Source of the DNA: Macrostomum lignano
Lineage: Eukaryota
NCBI GenBank assembly: GCA_002269645.1
Contig: NIVC01002487.1
Coordinates: 1-64,000, forward strand
Direction of reading: 5' to 3'
Length of the DNA stretch: 64,000 nucleotides
Positions 1 through 12,116 of the stretch are shown piece by piece (the first letter of the stretch is position 1; each line of letters opens with the position of its first letter). A program made the translations under genes and the position numbers. A model generated the notes under the pieces. It saw only the letters and a list, made by a program, of their open reading frames with translations. It was not told the DNA's origin and searched no databases.

Positions 1-147
1 GTCAGCTACACTCCAGAAGTGTCAGCTACACCCCAAAAGTGTCAGCTACACTCCTAAAGTGTCAGCTACCCTCCAAAAGTGTCAGCTACACCTCAAAAGT
101 GTCAGATTAAAAAAAGTTTCAGCTACCCTTCAAAGGTGTCAGCTACT
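1..147. repeat. 20-bp tandem repeat (GTCAGCTACACCCCAAAAGT), intronic, cut by the window edge
   Basis: About 5-7 degenerate copies read directly from position 1. Confidence 0.85.
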
Positions 148-185
148 TAAGCATTGACTACTATTTAAACGCTCCCGCCCGTCAG

Positions 186-3100
186 GTCTGGTCTGCCCTC
201 GGCCCAATGCAACGCAGTCTACAGCCACCTGGCCGGTCACCTGGGCCTGGCCACAAAGGTTAGCCTGCGCCGTAAAATATTAAAAACTGCGCGAGAATCG
301 CAGCGAGTCCCAGTTGCAAGTGCTGCTAACCCGACTGCGCGAATTAGTGCAATCGGCTATGCCTGAACAGCTGGCCAGGCACGCTAAGGAGACTCGGCTC
401 TACAGGGAGCGAATAGACGCTTGGCGACAGCAGAACGACGCGGCCGCGGCTGCCGCGACGGCTGAGGGCAGGCCGCCGCCTTCGCCGTCGGTTGCCGGCA
501 AGCCGCCGGGCCCGCAACCGCGTCGAAACTTCGTCTGGTGCCAGAAGTCCACGGAGCTGTTGAACCGGGCGGCCAGGATTAAACTGGAAGCTTTGGCCAG
601 CCAGCGGATCAAAGAGAGCGAGCGGGAGGATGCGATTAAAGAGTTTGCTGAGAAGCAATTGGTGCCGCTGTGGCCAGCTGATTGGATGAGCTGCATGTGA
701 GTTTTGTTTTGCTTGGAGAACGTTGTGTAAGCAGCTTTTGGGATTTTGGGATCTCGACTTTAGAGCTTTTTGGAATTAGAATTTGGGGATTTTGGGATCT
801 TGAATTTTAGGTATTTCGGGATCTCACTTTAGGAATTTTTGGATGCCGAATTCAGGGATTTTGGGATCTCGATTTCAGGGATTTTGGGATCTCGATTTCA
901 GAGATTTTTGGATCCCAAATTTAGGAATTTTGGGATTTCGAGTTCAAGCTTGAGGACTTTATGATTTAGGATCCTTAAGGACTTTAGGATCTCAATTTTA
1001 GGGATTTCGTGATCTAGAATTTCAGGGATTTCGGGATCTCAAATTTCAGGGATTTCGGGATCTCCACCTAAGGCATTTTGGAATCTCGACTTCAGTAATT
1101 TTTTATCCCGAATTTAGAGATTTGGGATCTCGACTTAAATAATTTTTTATCGCGAATTTAGGGATTTTGGGATCTCGACTTTAGGGATTTTTTATCCCGA
1201 ATTTAGGGATTTTCGTATCTCGATTTAAGAGATTTTTCGATCCTGAGTTCAGGGATTTTGGGATCTCGATTTCAGGGATTTTGAAATCTCGATTTCAGGG
1301 ATTTCGGGATCTCGAAATTCTAGGGACTAGGATCTCTACCTAAGGCATTTTGGGATCTCGATTTTATGGATTCAGAGAATCATAGTTTTAGTCTATCCCA
1401 TAATCCTAATTTTAGCCGGAATTTTTATCGCAAATTTTAGGAAAGACAATTTAGAAATCTCTTTCAGAATGTAAGCTTTATCAAGCTTTGCTATGGAGTT
1501 GATCATACTGACTGGCTGCTTGTTTACAGGAAGTTGATGAGCATAATCAGGCCGATGCTGAAATCCAAGCCAAGCCAAGCCAAGCGCGAGCAGTCTCAGC
1601 AGCAGCGACAGCAGCAGCAGCAGCAGGCCTCTGCTACCGGTGCCTGCAAGGCCGAGCCAAGAGACAAGTCCAACTTCAAGTGAGAGTAGCGGCCGCTAAA
1701 GTTGTATTTTTCCTGTTTAGTTAGCAGGAGGTGCTAGAAGATTTTCTGTATTCAGCCAGCGACTGCAATTTATAGCTGATTGTTAAATCCTGTTTGTATA
1801 CACATGTACTTTGTTTTAATTCCTAACATTTTCTCCTAACAGAGCAGAGCACAAGATTGAGACAAGATGCCAACAAAAACTAACGTACTAATAGCAGTAC
1901 TGTTTCCGCATAAAATATTTGAAGTTTTAGTTCAGATTTTTATAGTAACACAACTATGCTAATGTTAATACATGGGCTTTACAGCTCTCAGCAACAGTCG
2001 CAGCATCTGCTGCCCGTCTCCAAACTTCAACAACGGCTGCAACAAGACAAGCCTCAGCAAGCACTGCAGCACCAAGTCACCACGCAGCAACCAACACCAC
2101 AGGTCGCAAGGCCTCGGGAACCGACACCACCACAAGTCTCAAGTCTTCAACAACCAACACCCCACAAGTCTCAAGTCTTCAGCAACCAACACCACCACAA
2201 ATCTCAAGGCCTCAGCAACCGACACCACCACAAATCTCAAGGCCTCAGCAACCGACACCATCACAGGTCTCAAGGCCTCAGCAACCGACGCCATCACAGG
2301 TCTCAAGACCTCAGCAACCGACACCATCACAGGTCTCAAGACCTCAGCAACCGACACCACCACAGGTCTCAAGGTCTCAGCAACCGATACTATCACAGGT
2401 CTCAAGGCTCAGCAACCAACACATCACAGGTCTCAAGGCCTCAGCAACCAACACCATCACAGGTCTCAAGGCCTCAGCAACCAACACCATCACAGGTTTC
2501 AAGATCGCAGCAACCGACACCATCACAGGTCTCAAGGCCTCAGCAACCGACACCATCACAGGTCTCAAGGCCTCAGCAACCGACACCATCACAGGTCTCA
2601 AGGCCTCAGCAACCGACACCATCACAGGTTTCAAGATCGCAGCAACCGACACCATCACAGGTCTCAAGACCTCAGCAACCTCAGCAACCGACACCGCCAC
2701 GGGTCTCAAGTCTTCAACAACCAGCATCACCACAGGTCTCAAGGCCTCAGCAACCGGCACCACCACAGGTCTCAAGGCCTGAGCAACCGCCGTCCAAACG
2801 TGTTTATGATCCTGTGCATTCGCCATCTCAAGAAATCTTCAAGTCTCAACAAATTCCACAGCGGCTCAGTAATGCATATCAGCCAATGCAGCAAGTCGCT
2901 AACCTTCAGCCATCAGCACCGCTAAGTTTCCCATCTCAACTGCAGACAACGCAGATGCATAAGCCTTCAAATCAATTGGCTCAGACATCGAAATCGCAGC
3001 AACAATCCAAGGCTAACTTAGCTAAGCAACAGTCGCAACAGTCGCTGTTTGATGCCTTTAAGTCAGTGCAGCAAGCTTCAAGTATCTATCAAAGTACGCA

Positions 3101-3595
3101 ACAGTCGCAGCAGAAGCAACAGAAACAAGATTTATCGTCATTTTCCACTCTTAATCAGTCTCAGCAAAAGCAGCAGCAGCAGACTCTGAGCCACTCGATT
3201 ACTCAGCAGCACCAACAGCAAAAGCTGCAGCCATTAATTCCTTCGCCGCCTCCAATGCCTCAGCAACAAGCTATGCCTCAACGGCAGCGTCAACAAAGGT
3301 TAGAGAAGCAGACACAGCCGACAGTGCCAAGCAGTAGTAGCAGTCTGGATGTTCACTTGTCACCATCGGCTGCATTGGCCGCAGCTGCAGCCGCAGCAGC
3401 TTGGCCTCATCAGCAAAATCAGCAACAGCATTCAGTATACTCTACTGGTGCTGTTAGCTCTGCATCTGCGCCTTTAGCTGCCTATAGCAATAGTCAAATC
3501 AATCTCAATCAGGTACAGCTGCATCAGCAACAGCAGCATCATCTTTTACTTCAGCGTCAGCAACAGCAAATTATGGCCGCTCAACAACAACAACA

Positions 3596-3630
<35 letters not shown>

Positions 3631-3755
3631 AACAACAACAGCAACAACAACAACAGCAGCAGCAGCAGGGTCGCTCGCTTCCACAGTTCAGCCATAGTTT
3701 TGGTCAGTTTGCCAGTAATTGGCCGTCGTTTGGGCAGCCGCCATATTATCAATGA
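186..3755 (+). CDS. UBN1: Ubinuclein/yemanuclein (HIRA complex subunit), 3' exons, 5'-partial
   Basis: Exon 186-696 encodes VYSHLAGHL...LRELVQSAMPEQ...PRRNFVW...IKLE...VPLWPADWM, matching the ubinuclein middle domain as recalled (VYAYLASFL...AIGRAMPEQ...PRKKFQW...KPLWPKGWM). Exons 1530-1679 and 1985-3755 join in phase through GT-AG sites and give a Q/P/S-rich tail ending at TGA 3753-3755. There is a frame discontinuity at about 259-313. UBN1 versus UBN2 cannot be distinguished. Confidence 0.8.
735..1370. repeat. Degenerate ~23-bp intronic tandem repeat (TTTTGGGATCTCGATTTCAGGGA)
   Basis: Recurring GGGATTTTGGGATCTCGA motif throughout the ubinuclein intron. Confidence 0.8.
2085..2790 (+). repeat. 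Coding 33-bp minisatellite (PQQPTPSQVSR units) in the last ubinuclein exon
   Basis: Unit CCTCAGCAACCGACACCATCACAGGTCTCAAGG, about 20 copies, inside the open frame 1956-3755. Confidence 0.85.
3582..3668 (+). repeat. CAA/CAG polyglutamine tract (29 Q)
   Basis: Mixed CAA/CAG run near the C-terminus of the ORF. Confidence 0.9.
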
Positions 3756-5287
3756 TTGATGAATTCAATTGAACATTGAAAACTTTTGCCTCTTCAACAA
3801 ATGGCAGTCAATATTTAGCCAGAGTTGTGAAAAAGATAGCTTTATGACACAAACATTTATTAACTTTTAACGTGTAACTAGTAGGAATATAAAGTCGGTT
3901 TTTCCAAGAAGCCTAGAGCTTTATTCTTGTAACCAAACAGGGGTAAGTTCCTTTCTCTTTGATGGTCGCCTGAAATAGTTCTCCAAGAATTAAGCATCAA
4001 CTCCAATGGATTTCTTATTGATCGCCAGCCTGACTGACCTTCAGAAATATCCTTCGCGATTAAAATAACTTTTAAAAAGATTTTCTCTTATGTGGGCTGC
4101 GTCAATTCAGTTCGAACGTATTTCAGTTTAGACATCAGAAACATGTGGCTCTTAAATTATTGAGTAGATAACAAACTTAGTCACTAGCTAGAGACAATAT
4201 TTTAAGTCAGTAGTATAAAACGGTTTCAATGGAAAAAGACTCAGTATTCCTTTGATGTTTGCTCGTTGTTTTAAAAATCCTGTATTTTTTAAATTTCCGC
4301 TTAGAAATGTTGATCAATATTTAGACAAATTAGAATTCGCCTTTAGTATAATATATATAAGTATAAGTTAAAATCTAAAAATGTTGTCTATCGTTAAAAT
4401 GCTAGAACGTGTTCCAAGGATCTCAAAACGGCCGATATAAAAAGGATTCACTCGTTCCAGCACTGTTGTCTGCGCTTGCATGAACAATTATGCATATATA
4501 CAATCTCATGGTGTAAAAACTCAATTGGTTTAACAGTTGAGCTGCATTTTTATTGTTGTCAACAATAAGAAGCAGCTTTATTCTTTAAAAGCTTCGCACT
4601 AAACCAATATGCAGTAATCAAAGTAATCTGTGACGCTTTATTCGCTATGCAGTCAATTTCTGCACTTAGTGCAGCCAAATTATGTGCAGTTATTAATTAA
4701 GTTATATTACTGTGCTGATCACTTTATGTACTCTTATGAGAGACGCGGTTGTAACTCATCGACTCCCTCATGCTGTAAATCAATTTTTTAGATATTGAGG
4801 ATCAAAAAATAGTTACTAAGCATAAAAATAGTGTCATTGGATTCCACACCGTACCTATGACAACATACGGAAATTTACCCTCGGAATACACTGTAGTACG
4901 AGAGGAAGTAGATAATAAATTATAATTAAAGAACCTGATCGTTTGCATTAACACATAACAACCTACTAACAAAATATTAACTGTCTACTCTGTCAGTAGG
5001 ATGCACTGTGGCTAAACTGCATGTCTAAACAACTATCTAACGCAAAATCTTGCTCAGTTGAACTGCTCTGTATTATGTATAGCATTATGAAATAGTTTTA
5101 TATATTTATCTATGCTGCATCGAGTTTTAACTTCAAACAATATTCTGAACTATGCATGTGTGGCATAAAACTTTTTGTGCAATTTTCGGTCAGGTATTTG
5201 CTTCCTTAAAAATCAATGTAATGTTTATCTGTGTACATTTCTTGGAATCAGCGTTACGTAATATTTGTAATACACCTTTTCACGTTC

Positions 5288-5462
5288 AATTTTGATCAGA
5301 GTCCAGTTCTAAAAAACTAGCGGAAATTCAATTTAGACTTGGGCCCAGTCTAACCCCAGCTCAAGACATTCTAACTGAAGTAAGGTTTAGCCATAGACAA
5401 AATTATCCTCAGTCTGAATTGAATTTCCGCTAGTTTTTTGGAACTGGACTTTGATCAAAATT
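5288..5462. mobile_element. Small palindromic MITE-like element (~52-bp arms, ~70-bp spacer)
   Basis: 5288-5339 (AATTTTGATCAGAGTCCAGTTCT...AGACT) is the reverse complement of 5411-5462 with 3 mismatches. No clear TSD. Confidence 0.6.
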
Positions 5463-6196
5463 AAACGGTAAAAGGTGTAGTAATAGAGGCGTGACAAGTT
5501 AAAAAGTACGGTTTAGTCTGCTTTTCATTTGATTTGTTCTTTACCATAACACGATTAGTAAAATAAATAAATTTAACTTTTTTTTCAACATTCGAATTTT
5601 TGTTTGGCTTTAAAAATACCCTAAATACCCTTAAAAGTAGCCCTAAAATTAATTGCCGCTTGCGAAAAGTGATGTTGTTTAACTTGACATGAAAAAGTAC
5701 AATGCTAAGACAACAATTAATTAGTTTCATTTGTACCGTGCTTAAAAGCGTAAGCTTAAAATCAATCAGAAAAACCGAAAATATTCGGAGGTTACTACTG
5801 TAGTAATAAAAGCTCGACAATAGCGATAATAATCAAATCAATAAGGTCCAAAGCTAGAAAGCCATTTTCATGCAGTTGAAAATTATTAAAAATTCGAAGG
5901 TTTTCTCTGTAGAGCATAAATTATGCGAGTAAATACACTTGTATGCTAGAAATAGGCAGAAAGCAGTGCTCTTATGTAGCTAAATGGAACGTGTATCATC
6001 AGTATCAGTATCAAAATGGGAAAATTCGAATAAATATTTGTGCGACTGTGCGTCTATCCGACGTAAAATAAAGTGCTATGTAGAGCCAAAATTATACAGA
6101 TTTAAAAGCAAAAACTATGCATAGTTGAAGCGAATGTTTTAAACACTGACATGACAAACGTCATTGATTTCTCAATGTCGTCGACTTTACTATGTT

Positions 6197-9004
6197 TCAC
6201 ACAGCATCAGGGGCGTTAGCTTCTTTATCCTTCCTAGCTGGTGGGACATCAGTAGTGATAGCAGCGGCCTGTGGCGCCTCTTCACCAGGTTTTCTATTTC
6301 TTGCTTGACTGCCTGTGACACTAATGTACAGCCACTCGAACAGCTCTACAACAAAAGCGCAACTGAGACCCAGCGTGATGCTGCAGACACCTCCAATCTG
6401 GCATACAAGGCTATAGAAATTCAGTGTCAATGTCTCCTTGCGCGTCTCCGTGGCGTCTCCTGTGGTGCGTCGAACTCGCAAGAATACAAATTGATGATCT
6501 CCGCTTTCGTCCTTGTTCCCGGACCCTGCTCCGTGACCCTGCAGCTCTCCGGCCAGCTGAGCCCAGCGGCCTAGTGTGTCATCGTCTGGGGACACATCAG
6601 TCAGGTTGTCAATGTCCCGTCGAGTGAAATAATTCTTTAGCCTTCTAATAGTGGAACTCGCGTTTGTGGCATTCTTATTAACTTAATGCGCTCCATGTGT
6701 TGGTAGACTCTATTCCACAAGGCATGCTGTTGCACCATACGCAGCATTTGCCAGCGGCTAACTAGCCAGTCCGTCTGCGACACCGCGGCTCGGTATTCAA
6801 TACGGCTGCAACGCTCGGGCACTGGCTGCTTGCCGAGGATGCATCTGTCGCCAGCATTGGAGTAATTCGCTCTGTAATTTGGCACAGAAGACGCAATAAA
6901 CTTTAAAATCTTATAGCAAAGAATCCTATTTCTAGTCTTATTAGGGCCTGGTTTGCTATTGTTGATTAGTTTCATTGGCTCATGCAGATTTTATTGAAAC
7001 AGGTATAAACCATTTTCTAGCATTCAACTCCAAAGTCAAACATTTTCAAACTAACAATTTCAAATGCACTTCACTTAAGGTGCGTAATTAATTATACGAA
7101 ACTAACTCTTAATCGCTTTTGCTAAGAAAAATATTAAGAATTTTTCTTTAGCCTCTTCATGTGTTGTCCCTGTTCAACGGAATTTGCTGGGCTAAAGTTA
7201 GTTTATAGTTCCCCTGAGTCCGTAGCTTCGTACAAGGTCCTCAGCCCAATGAGTGTGTTCCTCACCCAAGCAATCAAGTCGCTCAAATATACTGTCCACA
7301 CCCTGCCGCAAGTCTCCGCAGTAGGGCACCTGACCTGGCCGCACTCGCCTCATCAGCCACGCTGGCAGGCAGCGGCAGTGCTCTTCTATTACCCTAGCCG
7401 CTGCCGATTCGACGCATTTTTCGTGACTATAATCCACTACTAAATCAAGGTCGCGCAGACGACCCCGCTTGTGCTCTCCGGCGTTATTGATGCACGGACG
7501 CACCGGTGTGGCTGTTAGTTCGTGCCGAACTGCCTCGAATTTCAGCTGTGATTGACCGATTTTTTAATATAAAGTTGTTTTTTATATAAATGAGGTTAAT
7601 ATTAAATGATGTACGCAATACTAACAACTCAGAGGAATGGTGCATACGCTCGTACCTCGTTTAGCTTGCCATTCTGTAGATACACAGAGTGCCTTTTTAT
7701 ACTCGGGTATTGTCCGGCTTCGTGGACAGCGCCTAAGACGCCCCAGGCCTGCTCAAACACATCCTGGACAAACGCTGTATGCGGCCCGGTGTGCTGCGGC
7801 TGTTTGCCAATACTAATCACTACGGTTAACGAGTCCACACCGGTTGAATCGCCCTCGATGTTTAGAGTAAAACAGTTAAAATAGTCTGGATGACTCCACG
7901 TGCTGGTTGTCACTTTTGTACCGGATTCGAAAACGCAGTCGTATTGCTTTATGAAATTGAGAGATAGTCACGGGACAAACATCGGATCGTAAATGGTGTG
8001 AGTTGTTACTAACGCAAAAGCCACACGTTCGCAACGAACTCTAACGTCTAACTTGCGAGTATCTAAATCGGAGGTACTTTTAATACACTATTTAAAGAGC
8101 ATCATTGATAATTCTTATGTTCCTCTGAATCTTGCAAACTACTGCTCATTGCTCAGTGCTCACCCCAATGCAAGCTACGTTTCCCTGCACAGTCATCATA
8201 GCCATCAGTGCCTCGTCCATCTGGTATCCGAACTCTAGGGCCATGTCTGGGTCCAGACTTTGATAGTACATACTGCGCTTGTCGTAGTGGCTTAGAACGC
8301 TCGCCTTTGACAGCTCCGAGGCCTGTATCAGTTTGTCGACCTGCTGCCTTAAGCGACTACAATTGCAAAAAGGATTTCGGTAGCATTGCGATGTCTACTT
8401 AAAATTATAAATTTCACTGCTTGAAAAGTAAAAAGTCGAATAGTAAATGGCATGTTTCTACAGCCATAGCTAGTTACTTATTCATCTTCCTTGGCGAAAA
8501 CTCGGACATTTTGCTCTGCCAGAGTTGCCGAACTCTGTCAGGAAAAGGATGTAGCAGGCACAGTGTTGTGCTGGGAAACTCGGTCGGTGAGTTAGTGTGG
8601 ATTGTCGACATTATGGTGGTTTCGTAGCGCAGGTATCTGATGTATGGGGTACAGGAATTATTAGTGATTATCGAATCCAAATTCTACTACTATAGAAGCA
8701 GATTCGTCTTTATTACATTATTCTTTTTCTGGGGCTCAATTATCGCTGCAATAAAGTGATAATTACGAAAAATGAAGGCTTAAAGGTACAAAGCCTACCT
8801 CTGCACCAGACTAGTCACCGCGGCCACCATAAACGCTAGCATGGTTAGTACAAATACTAGCCACACTACCGTTAGCAGTGGCTTGTCAGTCTTTGTAAGC
8901 CGACCAACGCCACGAAGAGAGCTGGACTGACAGAAGCGCATTCCGCCACTTTTAACAGCCGCTGCAATCCTGCTTCCAGATTGCTTTTGCGCCTGCGAGT
9001 TCAT
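6197..9004 (-). CDS. DEG/ENaC (ASIC/FaNaC superfamily) ion channel subunit
   Basis: Exons about 9004-8799, 8636-8478, 8356-8164, 7946-7656, 7545-~7232 and ~6880-6197. Hallmarks: pre-TM1 FCQSSSLRGV, TM1 VVWLVFVLTMLAFMV, YLRYETT..EFPSTTLCLLHP, YFNCFTLN, GVLGAVHEAGQYP, YSHEKC..C.C..YC, CSRIEY..VSQTDW and TM2 LVCQIGGVCSITLGLSCAFVVELFEW. The 7232/6880 junction is not resolved, and there is a frame break near 6680. Confidence 0.88.
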
Positions 9005-9802
9005 AGTCTCCACTGTCTCAAGCTGCTGCTGGACTGAGAAACAGAGCAAAAATGAAAGCTTCTGTTGGAGAGAACTAATGCGCTTTGCCTTTAAAGCTGA
9101 AGTTTATAGTTTTGCTGTTTGCAAAACCCAGAGAAATGCGATTGGCGTTTGGATTAATTTGATTTTGCTTTAATTCTCGCGTTTTTAGTGACTAGAAATG
9201 CTCAGCGGAGTTAATTTCATTCAAATTAACACGGTGACCCTCGGTTCTATGCAAATTCAAAAAAATGATCTACGTACACCACGAAAATCCAACACCCTGC
9301 AGTCTTGTTTATGGCTGGATGAAAAGCAGAACCGTTTTGTGTGCGGTGGCGGTGTGATGTAGCTAGCAATTTCAAAATTGTCTCATAATGCGAATGCAGC
9401 CGCTGCTCTTCCTACTCTTCATCGGATACTCTGCTTTGAATCGCAATATTGCGCTTGTAGTCGCATATGGATATCTGATAAAAATGATTGTTGGGTTTGC
9501 ATTTGATGCACATGAACAACAAATTGTATGTCAAATGATTAGAACTATTAGGCAGAACTCACGAATCTCCTTAGAACAAATTACTGTAGTAGGATGTTTG
9601 CTCTAATATATTTTAATGCAATTCAATACTAATAAATGATATCTTGTGTTAAGGAATATTTACCAAGTCCGATAAAGCGAACATCTAATCGAACTCCGAG
9701 ACCGTCTGTTCACATTAGCAATATGAAACCGCACCAATATGAGGGGAAGTCAAAAAGTAATTATAATTTTGTTCTCACGAGTGTCAAACTTAAAATTAGA
9801 AT

Positions 9803-12020
9803 CTACTTTTCTACATAGTCCCCCTCCAGGGTCAGACACTTCTCCATGCGGTGTCGCCATCTCTCCAGGTCGTTCGCGTAGAACTCAGGAGGCTGTGCAG
9901 CAAGCCACTGTACAGTAGGGGGCGACCGGGACGGCCAAAGTCGGGCCGGGCAATGAGGACTCGGGCCTCGGGAATTCGGGACAAGATCTTTAGGACAGCT
10001 CAATAATTGGAAAAAAATCATAATAAATCTTAATACTTTTAGCATATGCGGATTACTATTAAATATATAATAAATATATGAATATATTAAATCTAATATA
10101 ATATATTAAGTGTATAATAAATATATGATAAACATTAAATATATTATAATATATAAATATATTAAATATATAATAATATATAAATAATATATATAATATA
10201 ATATATTAAAAATATATTAAATATATAATAAATATTATTATTATTTAATACATTAGTTAAGACTTCAGAATAGATAAGAGTTACATTAAAAGACTTAATA
10301 CTCAAATATCAATATACTCAATAGTTCAAATTCAATGTCACTGTGTGGCACAAGTACTATGTGTGTGCCAGTGACAGTGACACTAACAGGCAGTGAGGTA
10401 GGCAAGCAAGCACTGCGGCAGTGCGGCTGGCACTGGCAGCGGCAGTAAGCAAAAACAAGAAAAGCTGAAGCATTAAGTGTAAGGCACTTGGCATTGGAAG
10501 CAGTAAGGAAGTAAGAACCCAATCAATTGATTGATTCTTTTATTTGAATTTTTTGTTCCTTTACATAGCTTCAATGTAAAGAGCCATGTACACAGTCAGT
10601 ATTCAGTAAGACAACAAGACAAGACAACAGAACAGAACACAAGTGAAGTGACAACACAACACAACACTCAACTGTCTCAACAGAACAGAACAGGCAGACA
10701 ATGGAAATACAAGTAATTAGCTGATACCTGCCTACCTGCTCACCTACCTACCTAAACGAATATGATTACGAATACAATACTATGAGTCTACGACTACGAC
10801 TACCTACGAATACGATACAAATATGAACACGATTACAAAATCTGATAGATAGCAAACTTCTTGGAAAAATGGTAGCCTTGGCCCTTAATAGGTACTTCTT
10901 GGAATGTAAATAGGAAATGTTATTTACAAAAGCTTAAAAATGACAAATCAACTTTTTAAAGACTTGTCCCGATTTCCCGACTTTTTTAGGGTCGGGCCCG
11001 GGCCCGGGTCGGGCCACGATTTTGGTCGGGATTCCCGACTTTTCGGGCCCGGGCCCGGGACTGGGTCGCCCCTACTGTACAGTAGCCTTTTTGGCAGCCT
11101 CTTGGTCCTCATGTTGGACTCCTTTGATTGCTTCCTTCAGCTTGGAAACCAAAAAAAGTCTTAAGGAGCCAAACCAGGGCTATATGGAGGATGCTAGAGG
11201 ATTTCCCAGCGGAAATCTCGAAGGGGTTCACGGCAAAGCCGAGAAGTGTGGGCTGGTGCATTGTCGTGGTGAAAGAGAATCACACGGTACAGCTTGCCTG
11301 GTCGCTTTTTGGCCAGTTCGGAGTGGAGCTTTTGCAGAAGCGACTCATATTAGGTGGTATTGATGGTCTTCTGGCCTTCCAAGAAGTCCACCATCACCAC
11401 TCCCTCAACATCCCAGAAGATGGTCGCCAAGACCTTCGCTGCAGACCCTTCCGCACGGAACTTCTTGGGGCCCGCTGAACCTCGTGGCAGCCACTCCTTG
11501 GATTGGACTTTGGATTCGGGATTATACTGAAATATTCATGTTTCATCCCCAGTCACTAAGCGTTGGTAAAAGTTTTCTGAATCAGCGTTCAAGCAGTTCA
11601 GCAGGTTGATGGCGCAGTCAGTGCGCTGAACCCGGTGTTCAGGTCGCAACAGCCGCGGGACCCAGCGGGCACTCAGCTTGCTCAGACCAAGACAGTCAAT
11701 CACAATGGAATAAGCACTGCCATGAGAGATGGCCACTTGGTCAGCAATATTGTCTATGGTCACGCACCGATCCTGCTCAAGTACCTGCTGCACAGCTGCC
11801 ACATTTTTCTCTGTGCGCGATGTTGTGGGCCTTCCCGACCACTGGGCGTCTTCCATGGACTCTCGGCCATCCTTAAAAGCCTAAATCCAGCAGTAAATGG
11901 TTGGATCTGGTGGAGCAGTGTCCATATAGACCTTCTTCAAAGCGTCAATGATTTTGCTGGCTTCCAACCAAGTTTTACAAGAAACTTTACCTTAGTGCGA
12001 GCTTCGATTTTTCAATTTTC
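9803..12020 (-). pseudogene. Mariner transposase pseudogene
   Basis: Remnants include EDAQWSGRP, LVTGDET, HHDNAPAH, HPPYSPGLAP*D (34 residues between the 2nd and 3rd Asp) and the C-terminal EFYANDLERWRHRMEKCLTLEGDYVEK. In-frame stops, frameshifts and an insertion are present. Confidence 0.9.
9916..11074. mobile_element. Non-autonomous hAT-type element nested in the mariner
   Basis: Termini TAGGGGGCGACC...GGTCGCCCCTA, a perfect 8-bp TSD CTGTACAG (9908-9915 and 11075-11082), subterminal CCCGGG/TCGGG motifs, and an internal AT microsatellite at about 10060-10245. Confidence 0.88.
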
Positions 12021-12116
12021 CGTTGCTGAAAGGGTATATTGTGATTAGAGCGTCATCATGCAGAAATCGATCACTCTAGAAGAACCAAAACTCTGTCAAA
12101 TTAAGAACAAAAGATG

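Noticed and set aside
5461-5820. 119-aa AT-rich ORF
   Set aside because: It starts at TTG, has intergenic composition (F/L/K/N-rich), and shows no motif.
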